From the IMG/VR virus record IMGVR_UViG_3300020238_000002, positions 6,898 through 70,897 of that record: DNA of 64,000 nucleotides, one strand, 5' to 3'. Shown here one piece after another: positions 10,131-19,591 of the stretch. How positions within the stretch are numbered: position 1 is the first letter of the stretch; each line of letters opens with the position of its first letter. The notes beneath the pieces are model-generated. The model was not told the DNA's origin. It saw only the letters and a program-made list of their open reading frames with translations, and made no database searches. The stretch is from a virus (taxonomy: Duplodnaviria > Caudoviricetes). A program made the position numbers and the translations under genes.

Positions 10131-10514
10131 ATGTCTAATAATATTTATACACCCTCACCAAACGACGAAATATTTTCATATCCTAAACCTGGTCCAGATT
10201 TTGACTGGGAAGATGAAGATTTAGTATTACAACACCCAACTCAAGACCAATGGGGTAGTAAAAATCCAAATTGGGGAAATCACTCTCCACAATCCGAAGA
10301 ACATAAAGCAAAAAGAGCTAAAGCACTATTAAAAGAAATTGAAATTGAAGGAATAACATATCCATCTGGTAAAGCAGCAGCTAAAGCATTAGGTTATAAA
10401 GTATCAACTATATCTAATTGGGCCACTAAACGTGGTTCAAGATATGGAATAAATATACCTATTGGAAGTAACCAGTGGATTAATCGTCATGGAAGAGATA
10501 ACGGTACAAACTAA
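10131..10514 (+). CDS. NUMOD3/HTH-type DNA-binding protein (homing-endonuclease-derived module, no evident nuclease domain)
   Basis: GSKNPNWG...SEEHKAKRAKA (NUMOD3-like); IEIEGITYPSGKAAAKALG...STISNW (HTH); GGAGG RBS before ATG 10131. Confidence 0.6.
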   Translation: MSNNIYTPSPNDEIFSYPKPGPDFDWEDEDLVLQHPTQDQWGSKNPNWGNHSPQSEEHKAKRAKALLKEIEIEGITYPSGKAAAKALGYKVSTISNWATKRGSRYGINIPIGSNQWINRHGRDNGTN

Positions 10515-11985
10515 AGATAACGCTTTTATTTATGTTGATTCAGAAGATAAAGGGATTATACAAGAACTAGCGGAATATTTTACATTCTTTGTTCCTGGTT
10601 ATAAATGGATGCCACAATTTAGAAATAAAATGTGGGATGGTAAAGTAAGACTACTTAATCTCAGAGACCAGTCTATATACGCAGGTCTATACAAATATAT
10701 TGCAGCATTCGCTGCAGAAAGAAATATAAAACTTACAGTATTACCAGGTGCAAAGCTTGGTTATAATCTACCTAATGTGCATGTAAATGTCGATATGTCT
10801 TTTATCGACGAATATGTATTACCATTTCCACCAAGAGATTATCAGTTAGCTGCTGTAAAGCATGCACTCGAGAATAGAAAAGCATTAATGGTATCACCTA
10901 CAGCCTCAGGTAAATCATATATTATATACCTTATGATGAGATATTTCTTAGATATGAGTTATGATTTAGAGGCTGATAAAGTATTATTGATTGTACCTAC
11001 TACATCACTTGTTAAACAAATGGTTGGAGACTTTGCGAAGTACTCTGAGAATGATCCACATTTTGATGCAAATGAATGTCATGAGATTATGGCAGGTTTA
11101 GATAAAGGCCATAAGACAAAAAGAATATATGTATCTACTTGGCAGTCTATATACAAAATGCAAAAAGGTTATTTTCAGCAGTTTGGTATGGTAATCGGAG
11201 ATGAAGCACATGGATTTAAAGCTAAATCATTAACAAGCATTCTTACTAAATGCACAGAAGCTGGATATAGGTATGGCCTAACAGGAACTCTTGATGGTAC
11301 ACAAACACATAAGTTAGTTCTTGAAGGTTTATTTGGACCACATAAGAATATCACAACAAGTAAAGAGTTAATTGATCGTGGTGATCTTGCTAATATAAAG
11401 ATTGATATATTATTACTCAAACATCCTGAGGAACATTGTAAATTAGTGAATGGTATGAAATATCAAGATGAGGTAGATTGGATTGTTACATCAACTAAAA
11501 GAAATAACTTTATAAAGAATTTAGCTATCGATCTAAAAGGTAATACATTAGTATTATTTCAATATGTTGAGAAGCACGGTGAACCATTATTTAGATTAAT
11601 AGATGGTGCAACAGATGATAAAAGAAAAGTATTTTATGTATCCGGCAAGACCCCTGCAGATACGCGCGAAGAAATTAGATCTATTACTGAACAAGAATCT
11701 AATGCTATATTAGTCTGTTCATATGGTACATTCTCTACAGGAATAAATATAGTTAACCTACACAATATTATATTTGCAAGTCCAAGTAAGAGTCAGATTA
11801 GGGTATTACAAAGTATTGGTAGAGGATTAAGAAAGAGTACACTTGATACAACGGTTTATGATATTGCAGATGACTTACATTGGAAATCTAATAAGAATTA
11901 TACCTTAAATCATAGTGGTGAGAGAGTTAAAATATATAGTAAAGAAAAATTCAAATTTAAGATCCACGAGGTTAAATTATTATAA
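10489..11985 (+). CDS. uvsW: SF2 DNA helicase UvsW
   Basis: WDGKVRL, SPTASGKS, GDEAH, GLTGT, LQSIGRGLR. Confidence 0.97.
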   Translation: MEEITVQTKDNAFIYVDSEDKGIIQELAEYFTFFVPGYKWMPQFRNKMWDGKVRLLNLRDQSIYAGLYKYIAAFAAERNIKLTVLPGAKLGYNLPNVHVNVDMSFIDEYVLPFPPRDYQLAAVKHALENRKALMVSPTASGKSYIIYLMMRYFLDMSYDLEADKVLLIVPTTSLVKQMVGDFAKYSENDPHFDANECHEIMAGLDKGHKTKRIYVSTWQSIYKMQKGYFQQFGMVIGDEAHGFKAKSLTSILTKCTEAGYRYGLTGTLDGTQTHKLVLEGLFGPHKNITTSKELIDRGDLANIKIDILLLKHPEEHCKLVNGMKYQDEVDWIVTSTKRNNFIKNLAIDLKGNTLVLFQYVEKHGEPLFRLIDGATDDKRKVFYVSGKTPADTREEIRSITEQESNAILVCSYGTFSTGINIVNLHNIIFASPSKSQIRVLQSIGRGLRKSTLDTTVYDIADDLHWKSNKNYTLNHSGERVKIYSKEKFKFKIHEVKLL

Positions 11986-11993
11986 ATATATAC

Positions 11994-12362
11994 ATGGATA
12001 AAGACTTCCCGCAACAAATATCAGAACTACCGGTTAAATTTTTTAAGTTAGTATCAGGTGAATCAATTATTGCATATACACATCCTTTAGATGACGAATC
12101 AGATGGTGCATTAATTGGTATAGAAGAGCCAATGAAAATTCATATTGACGAAATCGATCATCACTACGTTATGACTCCTTGGTTACCATTCTCTAATCAG
12201 AAACTACATATTTTAGAAAACTTTAACGTAATGCTCACGTCAGATGTAAATGATGATGTGAAGCATCACTATATGAAAATTATATTAGATGAGATCCAAA
12301 CGGATAAAGAAATGATGGAAGAACAAGTGAAGATAATGAAGGGAAACGCCACCACCCATTAA
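11994..12362 (+). CDS. Conserved T4-like hypothetical protein (Sm-like fold, KLVSGE motif)
   Basis: FKLVSGESII motif; preceded by TATAAATA at 11981. Confidence 0.65.
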   Translation: MDKDFPQQISELPVKFFKLVSGESIIAYTHPLDDESDGALIGIEEPMKIHIDEIDHHYVMTPWLPFSNQKLHILENFNVMLTSDVNDDVKHHYMKIILDEIQTDKEMMEEQVKIMKGNATTH

Positions 12363-12393
12363 TACTGTCTCCCCCCGCAGAGAGTACTCTCTT

Positions 12394-12424
12394 ATTATAC
12401 CATAGAAAAGCGGCTTTGTACATA
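12394..12424 (-). promoter_or_regulatory. Antisense copy of the TATGTAC-N18-TATAAT promoter
   Basis: Minus strand reads AAGTATGTACAAAGCCGCTTTTCTATGGTATAAT. Confidence 0.8.
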
Positions 12425-12441
12425 CTTTAGCTAAAATAAAT

Positions 12442-12750
12442 ATGCAAATAACTGATAACGCCATAAATAAAGTAGCTGAAATGAAATCACCTAATGAAAA
12501 CTTAAGGGTTTACATATCTGGTGGTGGATGTTCAGGTTTTAACTATGGTTTCAAGCTAGATGAAAAAACAATAGACGGTGATTTTAGTATTGAAAAGAAT
12601 GATGTGAAAGTTTTGATAGATCCTATGAGCTATCAATATTTAGAAGGAATAACAATCGATTATTTACAAGACTTGCAAGGAGCAAGATTCATTGTAAGCA
12701 ACCCTAATGCAAAAACAACATGCGGATGCGGATCATCTTTTAGCATTTAA
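12442..12750 (+). CDS. erpA: A-type Fe-S carrier ErpA/IscA family
   Basis: [39 protein letters not shown]. Confidence 0.92.
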   Translation: MQITDNAINKVAEMKSPNENLRVYISGGGCSGFNYGFKLDEKTIDGDFSIEKNDVKVLIDPMSYQYLEGITIDYLQDLQGARFIVSNPNAKTTCGCGSSFSI

Positions 12751-12751
12751 G

Positions 12752-12781
12752 TATGTACAATTGATTGTTTTATGTTATAAT
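12752..12781 (+). promoter_or_regulatory. TATGTAC-N17-TATAAT promoter upstream of gp55
   Basis: Motif copy with extended -10 TG. Confidence 0.8.
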
Positions 12782-12811
12782 GGTAATACATTTGAACTAA
12801 TAGGAAATATT

Positions 12812-13393
12812 ATGCCTGAAAAGATTAAACCCCGTGATAAACCCCATTACGTAAATAATAGAGACTTCTCATATGCAGTTGTTGACTATGTTGAAAGAGC
12901 CAACGAAGCAAAAGAAAAAGGTGAGAAGAATCCAGTTGTCCCTGATTATATCGCAATATGTTTTATGAAGATCTGTGAAGGATTATCTCATAAACCAAAC
13001 TTTGTACGATACACATATCGAGATGAGATGGTAATGGATGGTGTTGAGAATTGTTTGAAAGCAATATACAATTATAGAATAGATGCAAGCACAAGAACTG
13101 GTAAGCCTAATGCATTTTCTTATTTTACACAAATCGCTTACTTTGCTTTTATACGACGTATTGTAAAAGAAAAGAAACAAGCTGATATTAAATTTAAATT
13201 TATGGAGCAAGCAAACATTGAAGAGTTCGTATCTGCTATTGATATGAATAGTCCAATCGATCAATCATTCCTTGACACACTTCGTGAAAAGATTTCGAAG
13301 ATCCAAGAAGTGGATAAGCAAGTCAAAGAGTTTGCGAAGGAAGAAAAGGAGAAGAAAAAGAAAGGATTAGAACTACATATGAGCTATGCATAA
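12812..13393 (+). CDS. gp55: Late sigma factor (T4 gp55)
   Basis: HYVNNRDF, LSHKPNFVRYTYRDEMVMDG, NAFSYFTQIAYFAFIRRI. Confidence 0.96.
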   Translation: MPEKIKPRDKPHYVNNRDFSYAVVDYVERANEAKEKGEKNPVVPDYIAICFMKICEGLSHKPNFVRYTYRDEMVMDGVENCLKAIYNYRIDASTRTGKPNAFSYFTQIAYFAFIRRIVKEKKQADIKFKFMEQANIEEFVSAIDMNSPIDQSFLDTLREKISKIQEVDKQVKEFAKEEKEKKKKGLELHMSYA

Positions 13394-14312
13394 AATATTT
13401 ATTACTGGTATTGCTGGTTTTATTGGGTTTCATTTAGCTGAGAAATTGGCTATGGAAGGTTATGAAGTTGCAGGTGTAGATAACTTTAATAATTATTATG
13501 ATCCTCAATTAAAATATGAAAGGGCAAACATATTAAGAGATAAGTTTAGTATCACAGTTATTGACTATGATATAGAAATTATCCCTTGGAGACATAATTT
13601 AGAAAATTTTGATGCTGTTATTCATTTGGCTGCTCATGCAGGTGTGAGACATTCTTTAGAGTATCCACAAATGTATATTGACACAAATATAACTGCAACT
13701 CAAAAACTAATACATGCATGTGAAGAATATGAAATACCTGTCATATATGCTTCGTCATCTACGGCAGATTCTGATCATCTTAATCCTTATGCTTGGTCTA
13801 AATATGTAAACGAAAAGCAATTTGAAACATCTAAATTACTTTCAAGCGGCTTGAGGTTTTACACTGTTTATGGTGAATGGGGTAGACCTGATATGGCTTT
13901 ACATACATTTGCAGATCGTATGTCGAGAGGTAAAGCAATAGACATCTATAATCATGGTGACATGCAACGAGACTTTACTTATGTTGGTGATTTAGTTGAT
14001 GGTATTGAAATTATATTAGAGTATATGCTTAACCAACCTCAAGAGAATCAACATGAGATTTATGATCTTGGCACAGGTAAATCAAATGAGTTAATGGATT
14101 ATATAGAATGCTTAGAGAATGAATTAGGTAGAGTATCATTAAAGAATTATTTGCCTATGCATCCTGCAGATGTTAAATCAACACAAGCAAATATAGGAAA
14201 AGCTCGATCATTAGGATATACTCCAAAGGTATCAATTCAAGAAGGAATTAAACATTTTGCAGATTGGTTTAGTATGTACAATACAGAAAACTATGATATA
14301 ATAGAAGGATGA
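13386..14312 (+). CDS. NAD-dependent epimerase (UDP-glucuronate 4-epimerase-like)
   Basis: TGIAGFIG, HLAAHAGVR, YxxxK (YAWSK), RFYTVYGEWGRPDMA. Confidence 0.9.
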   Translation: MHKIFITGIAGFIGFHLAEKLAMEGYEVAGVDNFNNYYDPQLKYERANILRDKFSITVIDYDIEIIPWRHNLENFDAVIHLAAHAGVRHSLEYPQMYIDTNITATQKLIHACEEYEIPVIYASSSTADSDHLNPYAWSKYVNEKQFETSKLLSSGLRFYTVYGEWGRPDMALHTFADRMSRGKAIDIYNHGDMQRDFTYVGDLVDGIEIILEYMLNQPQENQHEIYDLGTGKSNELMDYIECLENELGRVSLKNYLPMHPADVKSTQANIGKARSLGYTPKVSIQEGIKHFADWFSMYNTENYDIIEG

Positions 14313-15094
14313 ATAAGAAATTTTTAATCATAGGATACGGAGTAGTAGGTAGAGCTGTATTTGCAGGTATATCACAAAAATATTCTGTAGAAATATTAGA
14401 TCCTCCAGCTGGTTATGAATTAGTTCAAAAAGATTACATATATCCACATTACCATCTTTATGATGGTATTATTATATGTTTACCTACACCACAAGGGCCG
14501 ATAGGTGAATGTGATGATATGATGGTTGAACAATATCACCGTGAGATTCGTAAGCATGCACCAAAGGTACCTGTTCTTATTAAGTCAACAATATCAGTTG
14601 AGCTTGTTGAATTATTAAAAGAAGATAGATTTCTTACAACAAATCCAGAGTTTTTAACAGAAGCTGACTCACAAGAAGAATTCTTAAATCAAAAGTTTTC
14701 TATATTTGGTGGAGGCCAATGTTTATCTTGGTGTACAGTATTTCAAGATGCTGGAATTAAAATGAATTATATCAAATTTACTGATATGAAAACAGCCGCA
14801 TATGCAAAATATGCAATTAATTCATTCCTTGCAACAAAGGTTGTATTCTTTAATCAGCTACAAGATATGTTTGGTGAAGATGGATTTGATGAATTAACAA
14901 AAATAATAAGCATGGATCAGCGTATTGGAGAAAGCCATATGATGGTTCCTGGACCAGATGGAAAATATGGATTTGGTGGTATGTGCTTTCCAAAAGATAC
15001 TAGTGCCTTTGTAAAATCTGGACAAGGCAAACTTACCTTATTAGAAAAGGTAAGAGAAATAAATAAGGAGATAAGAGATGAGATTAAAAAATAA
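14309..15094 (+). CDS. ugd: UDP-glucose 6-dehydrogenase-like (short form)
   Basis: GYGVVG, ICLPTP, IKST, NPEFL, GFGGMCFPKD. Confidence 0.88.
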   Translation: MNKKFLIIGYGVVGRAVFAGISQKYSVEILDPPAGYELVQKDYIYPHYHLYDGIIICLPTPQGPIGECDDMMVEQYHREIRKHAPKVPVLIKSTISVELVELLKEDRFLTTNPEFLTEADSQEEFLNQKFSIFGGGQCLSWCTVFQDAGIKMNYIKFTDMKTAAYAKYAINSFLATKVVFFNQLQDMFGEDGFDELTKIISMDQRIGESHMMVPGPDGKYGFGGMCFPKDTSAFVKSGQGKLTLLEKVREINKEIRDEIKK

Positions 15095-15641
15095 CTCATG
15101 GGTATTCGACGGTGCGCTTAATAAAGGCATGTGTGAAGAACTAATTAAGATAGGAAATGCAGAAATTACTAAAGAGGCAACGGTTGATGGAGGTAAAAAA
15201 CCTGCAAAGAAAACACGTGTTTGTCAAGTAGCATGGTTAACCGATCCATGGATTATGGAAATGCTGATGAATTATGTAGATAATGCAAACTACCATGCCG
15301 GTTGGAATTTTGAAATCGAACGTCCAGTAATGATTCAATTTACTAAATATGAAGTAGGCGGTCACTATAATTGGCATCGTGATACGAATAGAGATTTAAG
15401 TAAGACAGGTGGTAAAACAAGAAAGATAAGTATTACCGTAAATCTAAATGATGACTATGAAGGTGGTGAATTAATGATTGATTCAGAAGATCATTATTGG
15501 AATAAAACACCACGGCAAGTACGTTCTGGATTAGGTAGTATAGCTGTATTTCCATCTGATACATATCATAGAGTAAAAAAAGTTACAAAGGGTACAAGAT
15601 ATAGTTTAGTTGTTTGGGTAATGGGAGAACCTTGGAAATGA
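15078..15641 (+). CDS. 2OG-Fe(II) oxygenase (prolyl-hydroxylase-like)
   Basis: HYNWHRD, RKISITV, YEGGEL, HRVKKVTKGTRYSLV. Confidence 0.9.
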   Translation: MRLKNNSWVFDGALNKGMCEELIKIGNAEITKEATVDGGKKPAKKTRVCQVAWLTDPWIMEMLMNYVDNANYHAGWNFEIERPVMIQFTKYEVGGHYNWHRDTNRDLSKTGGKTRKISITVNLNDDYEGGELMIDSEDHYWNKTPRQVRSGLGSIAVFPSDTYHRVKKVTKGTRYSLVVWVMGEPWK

Positions 15642-16702
15642 AGATAGCTTTATTAAATGATACACACTGCGGTGTAAGAAATAGTTCAGAAATATTCATA
15701 GACTTTCAAGAGAGATTCTATTCTGAAATATTCTTTCCATTCTGTAAAGATAATGATATAAAACATATTATACATCTCGGTGATTATTATGACCATCGTA
15801 AGTTTGTAAACTTTAAAGCATTAAATGCTAATCGTAGACACTTCCTTGAACCTATGAAACAAAATGGTATGACCATGGATATTATTCCAGGTAACCATGA
15901 TGTATTCCATAAGAACACAAATGATCTATGTTCTCTTAAAGAACTATTAGGTTATTATACAAGCAATATCAATATCATTATGAAACCATCAACATTAAAC
16001 TATGATGGTTGTGATGTACATTTATTGCCATGGATTAATCCAGAGAATTGGGACCAATCAATGGATTTTTTAGCATCTAATAAAGGTATTATGATGGGCC
16101 ATTTAGAGTTGCAAGGCTTTGAAATGATGAGAGGTATTAAACAACCTATGGGTCATGGTATGGGTGTAGAACCATTTAAACACTTTGACCTATGTTTATC
16201 TGGTCATTACCATGCAAGTTCACAACAAGGCAACATCAGATACCTTGGATGCCAAATGGAATTCACATGGGCAGATGCTGGAGATCAGAAATATTTCCAT
16301 GTATTCGATACAGATACAAAAACTGTGGAAGCAATACCTAATCCGCTCACATTATTTGAGAAAATATATTATGATGATACAGATACAGATTACACAAATT
16401 ATGATATAAATACACTTACAGGCAAATTTGTTAAAGTAATTGTTGGGAATAAGTCTAACCCATTCATGTTTGACAAATTTATTGAACGAATATCAGAGCT
16501 GAATACACACGATTTAAAGATAGCTGAAAATTTCTCTGAGTTCTTAGGTGAGAATGTTCTTACCAATATAGAAGATGTAGAAAATACAACAGACTTAATG
16601 GCAAGTTATATTGACGGTGTGAATACGGATCTTGATAAGGAGAAACTCAAGACCTTAATGAATAGTCTCTATAACGATGCCATAGATATGGAGATACAAT
16701 AA
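15638..16702 (+). CDS. gp47: Recombination endonuclease subunit (T4 gp47, Mre11-like)
   Basis: DTHCG, HLGDYYD, GNHD, GHLE, SGHYH. Confidence 0.95.
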   Translation: MKIALLNDTHCGVRNSSEIFIDFQERFYSEIFFPFCKDNDIKHIIHLGDYYDHRKFVNFKALNANRRHFLEPMKQNGMTMDIIPGNHDVFHKNTNDLCSLKELLGYYTSNINIIMKPSTLNYDGCDVHLLPWINPENWDQSMDFLASNKGIMMGHLELQGFEMMRGIKQPMGHGMGVEPFKHFDLCLSGHYHASSQQGNIRYLGCQMEFTWADAGDQKYFHVFDTDTKTVEAIPNPLTLFEKIYYDDTDTDYTNYDINTLTGKFVKVIVGNKSNPFMFDKFIERISELNTHDLKIAENFSEFLGENVLTNIEDVENTTDLMASYIDGVNTDLDKEKLKTLMNSLYNDAIDMEIQ

Positions 16703-16884
16703 TGAAAATGAAAAAAGTTTCTAAAAGTAGATGGGCAATGCTAGTATTTGTTCTAGTTTGTCTTTTTGTTATATTTAATGTAGCTGGATGTTCTATGTTG
16801 CAGAACCCATTTAATGCTTGGGGAGAAGACAAGATCGAAGTTCCAGTTTGTGAAGGAGAAGCATGCGAGGACATAAGGGGGTAG
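16702..16884 (+). CDS. Small putative lipoprotein / membrane protein
   Basis: Basic N-terminus, hydrophobic helix, VAGC lipobox-like motif. Confidence 0.55.
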   Translation: MKMKKVSKSRWAMLVFVLVCLFVIFNVAGCSMLQNPFNAWGEDKIEVPVCEGEACEDIRG

Positions 16885-17468
16885 ATCCCGAAGAAAATAG
16901 ACTGCTATGGGCAGTTTACCAGTTTGCCGTATCAGCAATGATAGTCGGCTTTATATTATGGCCAATATGGGCTTGGGCAGAGATCGAACGAGTATGGACA
17001 GATTTCAGCCCTAAGCCTGAGGTTGTAGTATATGATATAGCACCTGAACCAGAAGAAACACCATCAGCAACTCTTACAGCTGTACAAAATACTATTGTTG
17101 AGGCTGAGACTGATGAAACTGGTACAGAAAATTTAGACAAAGAAAAGTATAGACAATACTTTGAAGATAAGTCTCTCATCCTAATGGTTTTAGGAGGAAT
17201 AGAATATTGGAAAATGAATTGTGGTGATCTTTCTGCACAAGGCAAATACTTCATGAAACTTGCCATAAAGAAACATGTCATTGACGAAGAAGAAATGCAC
17301 ATGGATATGAGTTTCCAAACAGGATTATTTGCTGCTCAATTATATAATAGCTGTGACCACTTTTTAGAACAAGTGAAAAGTATCGGATTAGACATGATGT
17401 TTGTCGTAGATCCTGGTGTTGTGCCTCAACCCGAAGCAATAAATAATATAAGCAATCCAGAAACTTAA
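16863..17468 (+). CDS. Hypothetical membrane-anchored protein
   Basis: N-terminal TM segment; coupled to neighbouring genes. Confidence 0.6.
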   Translation: MRGHKGVDPEENRLLWAVYQFAVSAMIVGFILWPIWAWAEIERVWTDFSPKPEVVVYDIAPEPEETPSATLTAVQNTIVEAETDETGTENLDKEKYRQYFEDKSLILMVLGGIEYWKMNCGDLSAQGKYFMKLAIKKHVIDEEEMHMDMSFQTGLFAAQLYNSCDHFLEQVKSIGLDMMFVVDPGVVPQPEAINNISNPET

Positions 17469-17668
17469 TGTATAGCAAACAATGTAAACTTCACTTGGAA
17501 GAAGTGAATATGACACGCTACGAGCATCTAAAACATGCACTCAATATATCGTGGCGATTATTCAAAGCAACCATAGCGGTATTCATACATGCTTTTGCCC
17601 CACGCTGGTTTAAGAAATATGCTAGCGGTGTATGTAATAAAATAGTCGAAGAAAATATGTACAAATGA
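17468..17668 (+). CDS. Small hypothetical protein (DUF6356-like)
   Basis: HLEEVNMTRYEHLKHA...FIHAFAPRWF pattern. Confidence 0.6.
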   Translation: MYSKQCKLHLEEVNMTRYEHLKHALNISWRLFKATIAVFIHAFAPRWFKKYASGVCNKIVEENMYK

Positions 17669-17685
17669 CATTTATATAGTATAAT
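17656..17685 (+). promoter_or_regulatory. TATGTAC-N17-TATAAT promoter upstream of gp46
   Basis: Motif copy. Confidence 0.7.
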
Positions 17686-17692
17686 ATAACAC

Positions 17693-19354
17693 ATGATATT
17701 ATTCAAAGAACTTACTTACAAAAACTTTCTCTCAACCGGCGCCAACCCAATAACCATAGACCTTAACAAAGCAAGATCAACTCTTATTGTTGGTACAAAT
17801 GGTACAGGTAAATCTACCATATTGGATGCCATATCCTTTGCTTTATTTAATAAGCCACATCGTAATGTCAAAAGAGGTGGCCTAGTGAATTCAGTAAATG
17901 GTAAAGGTTGTGAGGTTACAATTGAATTTGACACGGCTGGTCACACGTGGAAAGTATTACGTGGTATTAAGCCAAATAAGTTTGAAGTCTATCAAGATGG
18001 TAATATGATAGACCAACAATCAAACGTAAGAGACTATCAAAAATTCTTAGAGCAAAATATTCTAAAGCTTAATCATAAATCATTCCACCAAATTGTGGTA
18101 TTAGGATCATCTTCATTTATACCATTTATGCAACTCAAAGCATGGGATAGACGTGATGTTATTGAGGATCTATTAGACATTGGTGTATTTAGTAAGATGA
18201 AGACAGTATTGAAAACACGTAATGCTCAAGCAAAAGAATGGGCAAAGAATTCACACATCGCATTAAATAATCAAAAGGATAAAATAGAGTATCAAAAGAA
18301 ACACATTACTCAATTAGAAGAAATTAATGAAGATGCAAAGAAATCATTTAAGGAAGAGATAAATGAAACACAAGATAAAATTGATTCTCTAAAAGCTGAT
18401 TTGGATAAATATCCTCTCGGCTTACGCGGCACTCTCAACTCCTTAAGAAAAGTCAGAGAAGGTCTAAATACCGAGAAAGGTACACATACACATTCTATGA
18501 AAGAGCTTGTAGGTAAAGCAAAGTTCTTTGAAGTAAATACTGCTTGCCCAACATGTACTCAAGAGATTAGTACAGATTTAAAAACTTCAATGCTTACCGA
18601 TGTAAAGACACAAGCAAAGCAAACTCAAGAAGATATAGATCTAAACAAAACAAAGTATGATGAGACAATTAAAACATTAGAAAAAGTACAAGATCAGATT
18701 ACTGAAATGGCAGATATTAATTCTAAGATCTCAACTCATACAGCAACAATGACAAAATTAGTTAATAAACAAGTCAAAGAAGTTGATATTGATGCGCCAG
18801 TGAAAGAGCTTGCAGACATGACCTATGATCTCATCGATATCCAGGATAACCTTACAGAAGCTGAGGATCAGGTATTATATAACAATATTGCCGCTGAGAT
18901 GCTCAAGGATACAGGTATTCGAACGAAAATTATCAGAGAATACTTACCTGCCATGAATGCTTTGATTAACAAATACTTACAGACACTTGACTTCTTTGTT
19001 GCGTTTCATCTAAATGAAAACTTCGAAGAGACAATCAAATCAAGACATAGAGACGAATTCGTATATGCTAACTTCTCTGAAGGTGAGAAGATGCGTATTG
19101 ATTTATCATTGTTATTTGCATGGAGACAAATAGCAAAGATGAAGAACTCTACAAATACTAACTTGCTTATTCTTGACGAAACGTTTGATTCATCTCTTGA
19201 CGATGAAGGTACAGACAATCTAATGAAGATCTTAAAGACATTAGAAAAAGGTACAAACACGTTTATTATATCCCACAAACCTGATGTGTTAGAAAGTAAA
19301 ATGGATCAAAAGATTCAGTTTATTAAGAGAAATAATTTCTCTGCAATCGTATAA
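17693..19354 (+). CDS. gp46: Recombination ATPase subunit (T4 gp46, Rad50-like)
   Basis: KNFLSTG, GTNGTGKST, CPTC hook, FSEGEKMRIDL, LILDE. Confidence 0.97.
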   Translation: MILFKELTYKNFLSTGANPITIDLNKARSTLIVGTNGTGKSTILDAISFALFNKPHRNVKRGGLVNSVNGKGCEVTIEFDTAGHTWKVLRGIKPNKFEVYQDGNMIDQQSNVRDYQKFLEQNILKLNHKSFHQIVVLGSSSFIPFMQLKAWDRRDVIEDLLDIGVFSKMKTVLKTRNAQAKEWAKNSHIALNNQKDKIEYQKKHITQLEEINEDAKKSFKEEINETQDKIDSLKADLDKYPLGLRGTLNSLRKVREGLNTEKGTHTHSMKELVGKAKFFEVNTACPTCTQEISTDLKTSMLTDVKTQAKQTQEDIDLNKTKYDETIKTLEKVQDQITEMADINSKISTHTATMTKLVNKQVKEVDIDAPVKELADMTYDLIDIQDNLTEAEDQVLYNNIAAEMLKDTGIRTKIIREYLPAMNALINKYLQTLDFFVAFHLNENFEETIKSRHRDEFVYANFSEGEKMRIDLSLLFAWRQIAKMKNSTNTNLLILDETFDSSLDDEGTDNLMKILKTLEKGTNTFIISHKPDVLESKMDQKIQFIKRNNFSAIV

Positions 19355-19358
19355 TAAA

Positions 19359-19412
19359 CACACTATTTCTGTGACAATTTAGTCACACAAGCGGCTCAAT
19401 TCATGTTATAAT
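19359..19412 (+). repeat. Repeat family B promoter cassette, copy 1
   Basis: CACACTATTTCTGTGAC-N6-GTCACACAAGC followed by TGTTATAAT; second copy at 58211. Confidence 0.8.
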
Positions 19413-19491
19413 ATACCCATGAGATTGAGAAATATACTATTACAACAGCGGGGTACCGCACCCCGTAATGTCAATGGTATCAATACATTCT

Positions 19492-19525
19492 CTGGCACAC
19501 CAACTCGCCGCATCTGGACCAGTAA
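19492..19525 (+). repeat. Repeat family A 34-bp cassette, copy 1 (upstream of promoter)
   Basis: CTGGCACACCAACTCGCCGCATCTGGACCAGTAA; TATAAT at 19554. Confidence 0.9.
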
Positions 19526-19591
19526 CTTTCCACACAAGACTGGTGAAACAGTGTATAATGTACACATAATCAATTAAAAAAGGACTAAATT

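Noticed and set aside
19370-19387. CRP/FNR site
   Set aside because: The spacing is TGTGA-N8-TCACA, not the canonical N6; it is kept only as an unnamed dyad.
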